Assembly: GCA_051294905.1 (NCBI GenBank)
Contig: CM119371.1
Span: forward strand, 15,130,001 to 15,194,000
Source of the DNA: Botryllus schlosseri
Lineage: Eukaryota
DNA: 64,000 nucleotides
Direction of reading: 5' to 3'
Of this stretch, positions 24,868 to 39,142 are shown piece after piece; positions within the stretch are counted from its first letter, which is position 1, and each line of letters starts with the position of its first letter. Position numbers and translations under genes: made by a program. The notes under the pieces are model-generated. The model was not told the DNA's origin, did no database searches, and saw nothing but the letters and a program-made list of their open reading frames with translations.

Positions 24868-26138
24868 CAGAGGTGGTCAGTAACGAAGTACTTCTACTTT
24901 TTGGAAGTACTCAAGTAGTTTTCCACTACTTCTGGTACTTACTCAAGTAGATCTGATTTTCTCTACTTCTATTTCTACTTCATAATATTTTGCGATCTAC
25001 TTACTTCCTTTTCGCTATTTTCAGTTTGTCAAGTAGAAGTAGTTTAATTCCCAATACGAAAGATAGCCTGAAGGATTTCGGGGCTGTTTCCACGGAGTAC
25101 CAACATTTAATATTTATAAAAGTCAAGTAAAGTCCAGAAATTGTTTTGCGATTCGCGCACAGTAATTATGGGGTGACAAATATGTTTGTACGAAAGTATC
25201 AGTGAATATAATTTAGGTACCGGATTGCTTGATTCCGCTCTCATCGTATTGTCGCCCATATCAAATATTTCATCGCAGTAAATATGGCCCACCATAACGT
25301 TTAAAACAACCGTTTCGCAATCTAGCAATTCCCTATCATTTCGTAATTAACAGCCCGTGACGTGCCCTGCTAATCTGGAAAATCCGGCTTCTTTAAACGT
25401 TACACCTGTTTTAGCAGATCACCATTGAAGCTTTTGGACAAAAGGCATGAAATATATTTTCCGCTTTTTAGAAGTGGTTTTTGTATTTCACTTTCAATTC
25501 CGAGTATCATACTTAGAGTTCTGAATACTTGCAGTTATTTTGACTGTAGAACATACATGTTGAAGCATAAAAACAAGCGTAGTATTTTCCGAAAATGAAG
25601 TTACACTAAATATAACTTTTGCAATCCACACTATTTGTTTTTAACGTATACTAATCGGGCAAAGTGTTGAAACCGTATCCGATACAACTTCTCCGTATTG
25701 CTCTTCGCCTAAACCTGGGGCCTTATAATATGGGGTAGGGCGCCATGCCATGATATTCTCAAAAAAGGGGTCTTCTAGTAAACAAAGGGTTACTATCGCA
25801 TTTTTATATCAATAATATAATTTGAATCCCATGATGCGAAAGAATGCTTATTCTGTCGAATATTGATACCTCCTGGTATGCATCAATACAAATCAAGCTC
25901 TCTGCACCTTCCGCATAGCTCAATTTGCAGCTTTTGACAGTCCATGCGAACGAATTAAGACTGTTTTCAAAACTACTTACTTACTTGAGTAGATTTAAAG
26001 TAACTCAATTCCACTTCTACTTCAAGTAGTTTTAGGTGGCTTATGGAAGAAGTACTTCTACTCGTACTTGAGTAGATTTTTTCGTCGCTACTTCTACTTC
26101 TACTTGAGTAGCTTTCTTGACTACTTTGACCACCTCTG
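24868..26138. mobile_element. hAT-type non-autonomous element
   Basis: TIR cagaggtggtca / tgaccacctctg, aagta/tactt subterminal motifs, imperfect TSD (tgtgtta..), empty site at about 55810. Confidence 0.78.
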
Positions 26139-26402
26139 TGTGTTACTGACAATCTCTGCTTTAGAAGCTCCAATGCGTTGCAAGTGCAACTCCACGAAAT
26201 ATCTCGTACATCAAATTCCACACTTATAGACCGCCGTGAAAACGGAGTGATTTCTAAACTTCGCCACATTCGACTGAACAGCATGGCTGCAATATAGCCA
26301 TTTCAAATATAATTCATACCTAGCTTTTGTTAAACTCTGTTGAACCATAGACTTGGACGGACAACTAGAACATTTTTAGCTTTTCCAAATTAGTATACTG
26401 GC

Positions 26403-29400
26403 TAGGGTGGAGTGAAAATGACTTTTTTTTTTCAAATCAAAAAAGGGCTTCCTCAATCCTGACAAAAGACCTAAAACTTCAATAAAAAGTGACTTCAGGG
26501 TGTTGCCCCCATTTTCCAGCCGGCAACCCCCCAATTTCTGCGCGTGAGGGGGTAAAATGACCCATCTCGGCAACCGCTGGTCGTAGAGTCATGATATATA
26601 GCTCAAAATCTGCGGAAGCATCATGTTTCTATCTGTCTTCAGAAGAAAGTTTTCTCTATTGTGAACACAAAATGAGTTATAGCAAAAAAACAATATATAC
26701 GCACATTTTTGTTGAAATTCAGCATTTATTCTGACGAATTGTGATCTGTCATTAGTTTTTTTTTTAAAGAAAAGCAACACACTGACAATACCGAATATTG
26801 GGCCCATATTACAAGTATATTCACAACACAGTCCTTTTAAAATCGGTTCAAAACATCATAATGAAACACTGACATTTAACGACTTATTGAAAATGCATTC
26901 TTTTGTCAAGTTTTTTCATCAGTTTACGAGACTTAATTTTTCGGCGAATGAGGCCATCTCGTCTTTGAAATCCCGAAACTTGTGCTGATGCTTCTGTTAC
27001 GAGCTTTACATTTCGTTCCACTGTTTGATTGTTGCATGGATGAAACAAAATCAGAGGCTTCTCGCGGCATTCTTCAACTCTGCATCAGTTAAGTGCTCAA
27101 TCGCTTGAGGAAATTGTTGATATAAGGTTCAATATCAACCAACTCGTGGTATGCCTTTGCTTCCAAGTTCAACTTTGGGACACAGAATAAACGAACAGGA
27201 CCGCAGTTCAATTGGTTGGAACTGCTATGACTCTCAATGTCCAGGAGTGAATTTTATTAAGCGGCATGTTTTTGAATCGCCAGCACCTTGGTCACACCAA
27301 ATTGGAAAAAAACTACGTGGAAGTGTATCTTGTTGGCCAGTTACTCAATTCAAAAAGCTCTCGCCACCACTTATGGCCTTTCCAAAGCTCCCATCGGAAA
27401 TTGTTAGTGACTTAAGTAAGGACCAGTTATATGCTTATAAATGTGCTGGGTAATTATTCAAGGAAATGCTGATGATGATCTGGCTTACTTGGAGGTTGGA
27501 CCACGTGTTGCGCATTCAAGATGGCTAACTTTAGGATGCATTGCAGAGTTTTACGGTATTATGTAACAGTTGCTGAACCTCCTCTGAACCTGGAGATTCT
27601 GGTTCGTTTTTGCCTTGAAGTATATTTTCCGACTTGGTTTGAGATCAAGGGAAACAAACATATAACACATGGACCCAGAAACATCTTCAACTTGATTCAA
27701 CAGGTTTTGAATTTCTCTGACCGAAACCAGGGATATATAGAACTCCGGGATGGCTGACTTCATTTTGGCCTTTACCTAAGTAGGTCCAGAAAGTTACCTG
27801 CAATCTGCCTCGAAATATCCACTTTTCTGCAAGCTAGCGATACAGCTGTTTCTAGAATAATGATCCTCAACCTTTTGCAGAATAGTTAGTGAGTAAGCTA
27901 GACATTCTTCCCATATCACAACCTTACTGCTGTATAGCCAACCTAGTAAAGTATGACACTGCTGTATAGCCAACCAAGTAAACTATGACAACTCTGTATT
28001 TCAGTAAATCATGAATGTGTTTAATTTCTACACATCATATAATCTGCATCAGGCCATAAATAACAGTGAATATCGAATAATATCAGCGTCTTCTACCTAT
28101 TTACAAGCCATTGTCGGAAACCTTGCAGCTGGAAAGGGGGGGGGGGGTTATAGGATTGATTAAATCAACAGTTTCAATTCGCGTTAATCGACAATTACGA
28201 TGGAGTATAGGGTTGCATTTAAAACAAACATGATAAATCAAGGCCCTTGTATAAAACATCTTTTTTTAAGCCATGACGTCAAGAATATTCAATAGTGACG
28301 TCATATTGGATTGACATTGACAATTGTAAATATAGTGTAAATATAGCTCCTTTGACGAAATATCTGTGCTATTGCTGTTAAACCGACTATTTTGAGGGTT
28401 CCAGCCATCCCATATCGATATTAGTCCGCTATATCGGGTGGTAATCGTCCGTGAGCTCATACAACACGTGTTTTGGAAAGTATTTACACAATTATGGCAT
28501 AATTTTACAACTTAAAAAGAATTTTTTTCAAAAGGCCTTTGTTTAAAACACTGTTTAAAGCATGTTATAAACATGGCGTTTCAAACACCGTTTGTTTTAA
28601 ATGCACCCCTACCATGGAGCATTTACAATAACGAAAAGATAGCACGGCCTGTAAGGACTCGAAATTGTGATAGCAGCATTGTCACCTTCTATGTCACTCA
28701 ATGAAAGTTGATCAAGAAATCAGCACACCATTGATACTTCTCTTCAGGTTCAAATGCAGCTTCGGGGGGTGGACGTTTGGTACATATCAATATCAATTTG
28801 AGAAGCATTTGGTAGACCCAGTTGTTGAATTCAGCTGATATTTTGTTCACCAAGAAATAGTTTCATGACCGCAGTGAAGAAATTACCACCATGGCTTAAC
28901 GGTACATCATGAATGGGTCTCCTGAAGCATTTCATGCCATTTATCAGTTGAGAAATATTCAGTATCATTGTCTTGCAGATTTTCCGATTGAGCGATAGAT
29001 GATTCCATTTAAAAAACATCTCGGTGAGGAGGCACGAGATCCAAATATTCAGATTGTGGCCATCTTTGCCAAGATTTCAATGGGATGTGCCCAGTATAAT
29101 ATATTAGGATATCCACTGTTGACGTGATGCAAATGCTGGAACATCGCGTTTCTTTTTCCGGAATCTGCAACAAAAATGAACAAATGATGTATTTAGAGAC
29201 ACAAATTAACCTTAAGAATATATATATAGATGTATGCAGAGATGGTCAATAGTGAAGAACTTCTACTTCATTGCAGTACTCAAGTAGGTGCTGCCTATTT
29301 TCGAAGATACATCTTGTAAATTTGAAGCAGCCATCTCCAAACTCAAGTACCTTGCAAGCATTTCACTTTCTACAGCTACTTGAGGAAGTTCAAATACCAG

Positions 29401-31721
29401 TACGCCCGGGAATACGACTGGTACTTGAGTAGCAATGCTGACTACTTTAACCACATCAGGATTAATGTAAATCGCTCATTTTATAACGTATCACTAGAAT
29501 CAGCCAAACTTACCTTGGGCCGACTGAGGAGAACTCCATGCGTTATTGTGACGATTTGACGAAACCTTGCAAATTGAAAGCAATCTTCATAGTTTTCTTT
29601 TCCTTCGTCGTACAGGCCTATAGCCTCTAGGCTGTAAGTGTTTATATGGTAAAGACACGCCGTATCTCAGGGTCGTATCGTGTCCTGACGATTATATTGG
29701 CTTATCCATTCAAGGGAGTGGGCATCTTCATGGCTTCAGTAAGAGCAAATGGTCAACAAATGTTGTGGCCATATACTGGCCATATACTGGGAGTCAGCCA
29801 TTGGCAGTTCACAACAGTGCACGTCTGTTGATGTATAATTCCAGTACTGTAGCATTAAGGTGCCGTTCATTAACAAACAAACATATGCCTGCCTTGTTTT
29901 ACTAGACATGTAGCCTAACTGATGAATAGTATCTGTAACAAGAGATTGGATTCAACAGTTATTATGGACAATTACAACTGCAACGACCGTGACGTTTCGT
30001 TTGTATTAGATTCAAATGTTTGGTTATCCCTAATTGAAATGCCTCTTGAATCTTGCACACCGGTAGTGTACTCAGTGGCTCCAATTCTTACTAGGAATAA
30101 TCCAGCAATGATCTGGAATACCGGTAAGCCTGCAATACCAGTACTACCTGCATTATTCACATATTAATCTATAGCACAAGATCTTAACTGACGAAGTCCT
30201 TCCTAACGGTCGCCTTCATAGTTCACACGGCACAGTGTAAATGTACACTTGCACTTGTACAATGTAAAGCCTTGGATGGTGACATACATTCGCGAAAAAC
30301 ATACCGCAAGGCGTGATCGAAATCATACTGCGGATATCAATGTTAACGTTGGAAATTATTCTACATTTTGTTATCTTCTCACGATTATCAGCGCAGCAAA
30401 ACATGTTACATTAGATACTACAGAAGCAGAGATATTCCGAAGGCGAGTAAATGACCGTACCGGCATACCGGTAAATTGCTACTGAAGGAATAGGGCTAAT
30501 ACTGCAAAGTTTCAGACCACCTGAACATCTCATGACCTAGTTCACCTCTAGCTTTATATAAGAACATAAACATGGATATTATATGCCCCTACCGCTTTCA
30601 AAAACTTAAAATTACACACAGATGAAGCGGCTGATCGGAACGTGCATCAAAACTGAATGCGTGAAGCTGGACCTACTTGGGTAATACCGCGATGACGCAA
30701 TTCACGCAGTCAGCCATCCCGGAGTTCTATATATCCCTGACCGAAACGTTCGAAAAATTGCTTTGAATGTGGTGATAAGAAACGGTTATTCCGCAAACCC
30801 CGAAAATATCATGATTGCAATGCTGGTAGATGATAATGAAGACATACGAAATAAGGGTGTGACCAAGATTCTTGCGTTTCGAAAACATGCTGCTGAATAA
30901 AATTCACTTGTGGACATTGAAAGTCATAGCAGTTCCAACCAATTGAACTGGGGTCCTATTCGTTTATTCTGTGTCCCAAAGCCAAGGCATACCACGAGTT
31001 GGTTAATATTGAACCTTATCAACAACTTCCTCCAACGATTGAGCACTTAACTGATGCAGAGTTGGAAGAATGCCGCGAGAAGCCTCTGATTTTGTTTCAT
31101 CCATGCCACAATCAAACAGTGGAACGACATGTAAAGCTCGTAACAGAAGCATCAGCACAAGTTTCGGGATTTGAAAGATGAGATGGCCTCTCAATTGCCT
31201 AAAAATTAAGTCTCGTAAAGTGATGAAAAAAATTGACACAAAAATGCATTTTCAATAAGCCGTTAAATGTGGGTGTTTAATTATGATGTTTTGAACCTAT
31301 TTTAAAAGGACTGTGTTGTGAATATATTTGTATTATGTCAGTGTGTTACTTTTAGTTTCAAAAAAACTGATGACAGATCACAATTCGTCAGAATAAATGC
31401 TGAATTTCAACAAAAATGTGCGTATATATTGTTTTTTGGCTATAACTCATTTTCTGTTCACAATAGAGAAAACTTTCTTCTGAAGACAGATAGAAACATG
31501 ATGCTTCCGCAGATTTTGAGCTATATATCATGACTCTACGACCAGCGGTTGCCGAGATGGGCCATTTTACCCCCCCCCCACGCTCAGAAATTGGGGGGTT
31601 GCCAGCTGGAAAATGGGGGCAACACCCTGAAGTCACTTTTTATTGAAGTTTAAGGTCATTTGTCAGGATTGAGGAAGCCCTTTTTTCGATTTGAAAAAAA
31701 AGTCATTTTCACTCCACCCTA
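26403..31721. mobile_element. hATm-like DNA transposon relic with about 800-bp inverted arms and transposase fragments
   Basis: Ends tagggtggagtgaaaatgac / gtcattttcactccacccta. Transposase pieces DLSKDQLYAY, HSRWLT, YFPTWFEIK, PENIMIAML and PCHNQTVERHVKLVTEAS. Absent from the duplicate (about 56050). Confidence 0.8.
27728..30739. mobile_element. P-element-like non-autonomous transposon inserted in the hATm-like transposase
   Basis: About 32-bp perfect TIR cagggatatatagaactccgggatggctgact; perfect 8-bp TSD accgaaac. Removal rejoins the host frame (FSDRN|VRKIAL). P assignment rests on weak minus-strand relics and is tentative. Confidence 0.78.
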
Positions 31722-32368
31722 AACTTGGCATTTCGCTCTGATTTAGTGACATTAGACAACTAGAATTATCTATTTGTCGGAGTCTGTGTTGAACAAATCG
31801 GTAATCTGTTAGATAGACATACATGCAGAACGCTGAGTTTGCTACAGAATTTTTTATTGTGGCTCCAAGCTCTGAAGTTGGTCAAAACGAAACGTGGGTA
31901 TACGACACATGGAATAAACGGTAAACACTTGAAACGATTAAGAGTCGATGACAAATATGGTCAGGATTATGAATTCGGATTCGCCGTTTTGATGAGGTTA
32001 GGTTTAAAGAGGTTGTTGGATAAGGGCTTGGTGTAGGGCTCGGTTTATTAGGCCAACAATATAACATAGCCAAGTCTTACTCGAAAACTGCTTCATTTCT
32101 GTTATTCTAACGATTTAAAATGTACTTTTACATGTACGACCTGAAAAACACCAATTTTGTCTAACAAATGAGATGTCATCTAGTATGCAATCAGATTGAA
32201 CGAAACACGATGTGATTTCAAATCCACAAAGAAATCAGTTTGAAGTTTTAGCACAACTAAAGTTATTCCATGCTCAATGAATATTAGTTACACAAAGGAT
32301 TTAGTTCATGTTGGAATATGCAACGTCTTCCTTGGAGAGGCACGGCATTCAGTTGAAGAATCAGTGAT

Positions 32369-33972
32369 CTATACTTTCACCATCGCAGATCCGCGAAGTC
32401 GGAAAGTTGGGTTTGTACCGTCATCCACTGTATACCATTTCCGCTTTATCAAATCGTACTTCCCAAAGTAATAAGATTTGACGTACCCTTCCATTATATA
32501 AATCCAGTTGCCGAAGTGATGAGCTGCGCTGCAACTTCCACAATGCAAAGATGGCAATGAAGTCCATTGAGCCGAGGTGACATCGTAGCATTGTACAATA
32601 TCAACCATAGAAAAGTACCTCATCCCACCTATCACAAATATCTTTTGATCAATTGCAACAGCACCAGAGTTAGACACAGTATATCCCAATGGTTCAAGGT
32701 CAACCCATTGTGACGAAGATGGAGTGAATCTGCAGAATGAAGAAAGTTCGACACGATCTCGCCAGCCTCCTATACAATAAATGGAATCATCCAGTGATAC
32801 ATGGCTTGCATCACAAATTGCTGTAGGCCTTTTTTGAAGTTGAATCCATTGATTTGCACATGTGTCAAATCTTTCCACATCGTTTGATGCTTGGTGAAAA
32901 CATCCACTGCCGATGACAAATATGGATCCTGACAATGACACTGAGCAAGGGAGTGACCCATGGTCAAAAATCATATCTTTCATCTTTTGCCAATTTGATT
33001 TTTTTTTCTTAAAATTGAGTCGGTGAACGGATCTATCCTGACATAAAATGTAAATGTAGAGGTCGAGAACAATTATTGCAAATTGATTGAAATGCCGAAA
33101 CTTTGCATCGTGAAACTTGGTTATTTTCTCTGAAATTGGATCAAAGGATCGAATACAGTCGGTGTCCCCATCAAAAAGGATTATCAATTCCCTTTTCTTT
33201 ACCTGTTCAACCGATGCTTTTTGAATATGGCTCCTGATCAAATTGTCCAACTCGGAGTCACGCTTGAAAATGGGGTGAGTTTCTAGAAGTTTTTGCAAAA
33301 ACACAGGAGAGATTTCGACAAATTCGATTAATTCTAGACATTCATACAAACATTCCTTCTTTTCGCATCCCCCAATCCACTTGAGCGTTAAAACTAATTT
33401 ATCTTCTTCCCATAACTTTGATTTTGACGATTTCAAGAGATTCAAGAAGTCACTTCTTTCAACGCTTCCAAATCCAGCCTCATTTGCGATTTCCATGCTA
33501 TTTTCTTCTAAAAATATTCTGCATCTTGATGTGACATGAATCAGTCCATAAATATCACCAGCATTTCTTGTAGAGAAGTAATTCTCAACAGTAATTGATT
33601 CTGCCAAAATATTGGATATTGCATCTCTCATATCTTCCAACTGCATCATAATAGCGACGTGAAGAAGTTCAATGATTTTTCCATCTGGGATCTCAAATTT
33701 ACTCGAATATATAACATCAATGCAGCTTTTGACACATTCTGAATCCACATCTTTTAAAACGACTCTTCCTCCGCGACTCTCTTTTGTGTCGTGTTTCAGC
33801 ATCGCTCTAAAATATGCGGAACCAGCCGACAATACATTTTTGTGGGTAGGATACACATCATCTCCGACTTGATTATGAAATCACAATGATCGTTATGTTG
33901 CTTCATTTGATGTAATTCAGCCATCATAGACACTCCATGTTTTTCTGCATCCAAACATACCTTTCGCACCAT
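32369..33972 (-). pseudogene. BTB-BACK-Kelch paralogue A' with a single 1-bp frameshift near codon 34
   Basis: ATG at 33972 (MVRKVCLDAEKHG...). 'cttgattatg' at about 33872 versus 'cttgaattatg' in A1. The remainder (32369-33856) is open. Confidence 0.85.
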
Positions 33973-35699
33973 GATCGCTGGTCACTAATTAAGCATGTGC
34001 TGTATAAAAGAGAATTGAAGACATAATCTGTTTTGGCAGTAAACATGAATAATCACACTTATCACATGAAATCAGCTAGAATAGGCCAAATCAATATGAA
34101 CTGTACATATGAACTGGAACATTACGATATAGTGATGCATGTAGCATAGAGCTAAGGAATGGACAAGAAAATGGTCAAAACCGACTTCTGGGTGCTAATC
34201 AAAATGTCTAGATTTGCAGTAAAAAACAACTTTAGGGAGCCTGGTGGAAGCGGATAGACACTGTAGACACTTATTTACCATGGTGCCATGTCAAAATCAA
34301 AAAATTTCAGAGTAGGGTGCTGCCGATATCTTTGGCTAATTACAGTTATCATACCATGGCTTAAAGACAGACCAGCTACTGCAATAAGATGGGCAATCCT
34401 CCATGTGTTGGAAAAACGAAGACTAATGAAGCCAATCAGTTATGAAAGTTGACCTATGACATCTCCGCATGCTCCTGTTTCCGTGTTAAGCACACGGTTT
34501 TACACCAGAATATCGCTAGTTTTAATTCCTGTGAGAAAACGAATAGAAATGAAACAAAATTTGGATCTGCAATTTAGGAAGAAAACGCAGCGAGACAATA
34601 CCATTGAATTGAAGAAGGTGTACGAGTGTGAAAAATGGTTCATCGCCAAAAACTGCTCACAAAGATGAATGACACATGACAGATAATACAAAACAGTCAA
34701 ACATTAAACTACAAAATGAAATAAACATCAAGTTATAAAAGAGTTATCAAAAGTATATTCACAAGATTTCACGAGCACAATAGAATCGACAGTAGATTCG
34801 GATATCTCATCCGCTTTTTGCTCAGGTTATTCCAAAATAGTTCAAATTGAAAGCACATGTTCTGACCAAGAGATTGGCTTTATAAAACTTATTCTGTAAC
34901 AACACACAAATGATATAGGCCTGCAACAATGCGAGACCTGACATCTGAAGCACCAGGCAACTCATCAATACGGCGATTTTTTTGACATGTCCAAAAAAGT
35001 CAAAAATTGTAGCGTTAGATCAAAATTGTTTACAACTCCATTTTTTTGCAACCAGTATCTTGCTTTTGTCATAGTCGCTGAAATTATGATTTGAAATTTT
35101 ACAGCTTGTAACCTACTTTATTGGGCTCCCGGCCCATTGTGCGGACATTGTGAATCATAAACGGTCAAATGAAACAAATAGGTTGACACGGTGTTATGCT
35201 CATCGTACTGCTATATCCTAACCTAACTGAAGCAAGACTGTGTGGGCATTGGTTCTTATATCAATAAGGGCATGATGGAGAATTGTGATGTAGAGGAGAC
35301 AACATTGTTAGAATGAAGCAACACGGCGTGTCACCAGCATTGTACCCACAACTTCAGAGTTGCCAGCCAACAACTGTTGCTGTTGAACGTTCCTACTCTC
35401 TTCTTGGCAAGCTACTTATTAAGGACGGACACTCTCTACCCATGAATGCAGGAAAGTATCTTTTGTTGTACTACAATAAATGTTGATAATTTCCACCACA
35501 ACGTGTCATGTAACTATTGGAATTCTTCGTAGGTCCAGATTTCCTTACAATAAAGTGTAATCATGTAAAATTTGTCGTTTTTTAGGTCAAAATTACCTTG
35601 AAATCATGTTTTTTAAAGTCTAAAACGTTAAAGTTTTGATTTGTTCACAATATCACAATATATATCGTTTTCAGGTAAAAAAAACTCGCCCTACTGCTC

Positions 35700-37100
35700 A
35701 CGTACTAAAGTGACTACATACGTTTGGTGTGCGTACTCAGTAGGAACCAATTACTGGGATGTGATACGCTGTCAATAATAGATACATACTGCCTCGTATT
35801 GATCTGCTGCCTTCCGAGCACGCGTTGAAGGACGAAACAGTGGTCTTTCATGCTCAATGTTCGGTTGCGGATTTTCGTTATTCCCGCCCTCGGTGCTGGT
35901 GGCAATGGCGTCATTACAAATCGCGGCGTATTTGCTAGGGAGTTGTCCAACCGGACAATTTTCGCCGTAGTTACCAAATTCTGCTCTCCCAGTTTCGACG
36001 GTGGTACTGCGTGGTGACATATACCGAACCGATACCATAGCTTATCTGCCAACGTTAAGTCGGACATGGGCGTAAACAGGGTATGGTTTGAGAAGCTCCG
36101 CATTGTCCACCAAGGGCTCATCCTTCATGTCGCTTGACGTAAATAGGACATGGTTTCAAGCTTTTACAACCATGACGGAATGGAGGTGCCATTTGTCGAG
36201 CAGTGTGAGTGACAAAACATTCTCACGTGAGGAGTGCAACCGAATAGAAAGCAGAGCGTCCAGTAACACATCCTCCCAATGGCCGCGGGGAAGATGTCGA
36301 GAATTCAATGAGCAATGAGCAATGCAATTTTTTTCTGTATTCATCACCAAATTGTTGATACATGAAACATTCCCCAGGACCAGTATCCGTCAATGAAGAA
36401 GCGTTTAAATTGACAACCTTAACATTGCATACTGATCGATCCGTAGCTGATCGAGTTGTTTGCGAGTCAAATTCTATTTCCTGTGTGCTTGTATTGAGGC
36501 GCTTACCGTATTCATAAAGGGAAGATTTCGAATGCGAGATTGTAATGGCCGGTGATCTGACAATATCTGCATACAACATCTGTTGCCAAGCAATTCACAC
36601 GAGGATGCATAGCGTCTCCACAAAAATAACAAAGCGGCTTTGAAGAGGTTGGTTTTCGACGAGGGCTCTGATCTTCATGCTGGGTTTCATTACAACCTTG
36701 TCGTCTCGGCACATGTAGACTTGTCGCACATGACAAAGTAGTTTGGTAAGCATCGGAATCCCTAGAAGTGATTTCCATTGTTTGTGTCTTCTTGTAGGCA
36801 TCACCGAAAGTCAACGCGCTTTCTTCCAGAAGTCTCTCGTGAATTGGTGCGGATTGCAATCACGCGATCAACACAACGCAAATTACCTCCAACCGATCTT
36901 GCTCAGCAGAAACTGCCCGACACCCACATTCTTTGCAGTAGAATGACAGAACTGTCCATAGTCTCGCCAGGCAGTTGTTTTCAAGTCAACAATCCATGCC
37001 TAGCCGCAGTGGTGTTCTTCTATTTCACATTGAGCTCCTTCAAAGCACCAATGACAAGGTCATAATCATGAATATCGGCTAACTTTAATAAATTGTTTTG
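35700..37100 (-). mobile_element. Decayed, internally deleted Ty3/Gypsy element
   Basis: Gag relic with zinc knuckle (CYFCG..MH....C, CRYC..TGHY), protease-like LTDTG, integrase-like HWEDVLLDALLSIR; RT missing. LTRs not securely defined. Confidence 0.7.
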
Positions 37101-39142
37101 ACCTAGGGATAGGACTTATTCACCGAACTCTGTAACAAGAAACAAATGAAATAAACAATACATACAATTCAAATCTGACAACACAAGACCCAACACGTTA
37201 TGCAAAAGACAACTCATCATGTACTAACAGAAGTACATACGCTGAGAGTGTGTACTCAATGAGAATAAATTAAGCAAAAACTGGAAATTACAGATAACAT
37301 ATAGTAAAGCAAAGTCCAATTGTGGCTGACATGCTTCTAATAATATTGGCTAATCGGCTCAATGAGCATCTAGCCAGATAGGGTCAATAACGAAGTATGG
37401 TAATCTGAAGCGGTTATTAAAGTCCAGATCAGTGGTTCTCAACCTTTTTGACCTCGCGGACCGGTAAAATTTCGAAAAATATTTGGCGGACCGGTGGACT
37501 TTCAAAAATGGAAATCAGCCCAATGTAAAGTATACAAACGTTTTATTGCAAGTATATAGTGCTAGAGAGTGAAATTTCAAGGGTTTTGACCGTAAATAAT
37601 TATGTTCATGATGGTATCCCTGTGATTTTACAGTAGTGATCTAGTCTGCTGCGCTTAGTCAGTAGTAAAAACATTGGAGGCTAGGCCGCTTTGTGATTTG
37701 CGGCGCATAATAGTTCTACATCATTGTGCAACGTAATGTTGTAATAACGCAAAGCTATAGTCTTTGTCTCTACAATTCGCATTGTCACTTTTGAACCGCA
37801 AACACATTTAGGAATGCATTTTGAATGCAAGCCTAAGCCTGCGCCGGGCCACTGTTATTCATGTGATGCAATCGCACAAGCTCAATCGTTAATTGGTCTT
37901 TAACATCTCCATACACCAAAATATTAGCATGCAGTAGATATCATATTGATTTAGAACAAAATTATTTGAGATCATGTGCAAAAACAGGCTGAACAATTGA
38001 TACAAACGAAAACATTCATTTGCGTATCTTCACTGTTCGAGTGTTCGTATATGAGCGCAAAATGGAGAGATCTCCCGATGTGCTGTGATATGATCTGCGC
38101 GCACTTTTGTGTTAACATCCTCGCTTTGGTAATTAAGGTCAAGATACCTCGCAGTCTCTCTTTATGCTGTTTTCTTCGCTTACGGGTTACAATGTTATGT
38201 TTAGTTGTACTTAATTTTGTATACGCGAAGAGGCAGTCATAAAAACCAGTAAGATTATCTGACCGTAGTAATATCTGCATTTCTGCATACATTCAAGCTG
38301 ATCAATCGGTTAGAACTAGGAACACACTGTCCTTTTAAAAACACCCTCTATTCTGAAGGTATCCCTCATTTTTTTTCGGCTAGATACGCCCCTACAAATA
38401 GCCTATCGCTGTTACAATGTAATGCCAAGTAAAAATACAAGTAGTCTAATAATTTCCAACAATACGTAGGCCTACTAGTGGTTCTCCTCCAAAGTCAACC
38501 CAGACTGCAAATATGACTGAAGATTCCTGTACACGTTGTTCTATTAAAGTTTCTGCAAGGCCAAGTTCTATTTAATTCACCACAACTTGATTTGGACTAT
38601 TGGATTTCTTCTTGAATAAATTTGACTTTGATATAATCTACTTCACTACCAAATGGTGCTAAAAGCGAAATATTTCGTCAAATTTTGCCTAAAAATATGT
38701 CTAGTATTCATATATTATTGGTCCTAAACGTCATTAACGAGTTGTAGGCTGGCTTTCAGACAGTTTAGTATATTAAACTTGCAACATCTTGAAATAGGAT
38801 AAAACAAAAGTAGACCGTGAGCTCTGTTTACTCTATATTTTCTCGTATGCAGAAATCGTATACTTGTAATCTATCCCTCACTCGTTGTCACTGACTGGAA
38901 TCTGGGAAGGTGTCTTTACTTTACAGACTTTTATTGCAGTTTTTGGTTTTTTACCGACTCACGGTACAGGGTTTGTCTCCGTCTCACGCTACGACATGAC
39001 TTGCGGCCCGTACGTTCATCGCTTCATTTACTACAAGGATATTATATCTACAAGAAAAAACTACTACAAGTCACCATAAACATCGATTGGCTGTCGAATA
39101 AAAATTACAACTCGATACCATCAAGTAGAAGCGTGTTCTCCT

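Noticed and set aside
37131..37292. TG...CA candidate LTR for the first Gypsy relic
   Set aside because: No convincing partner LTR, PBS or TSD identified by eye.
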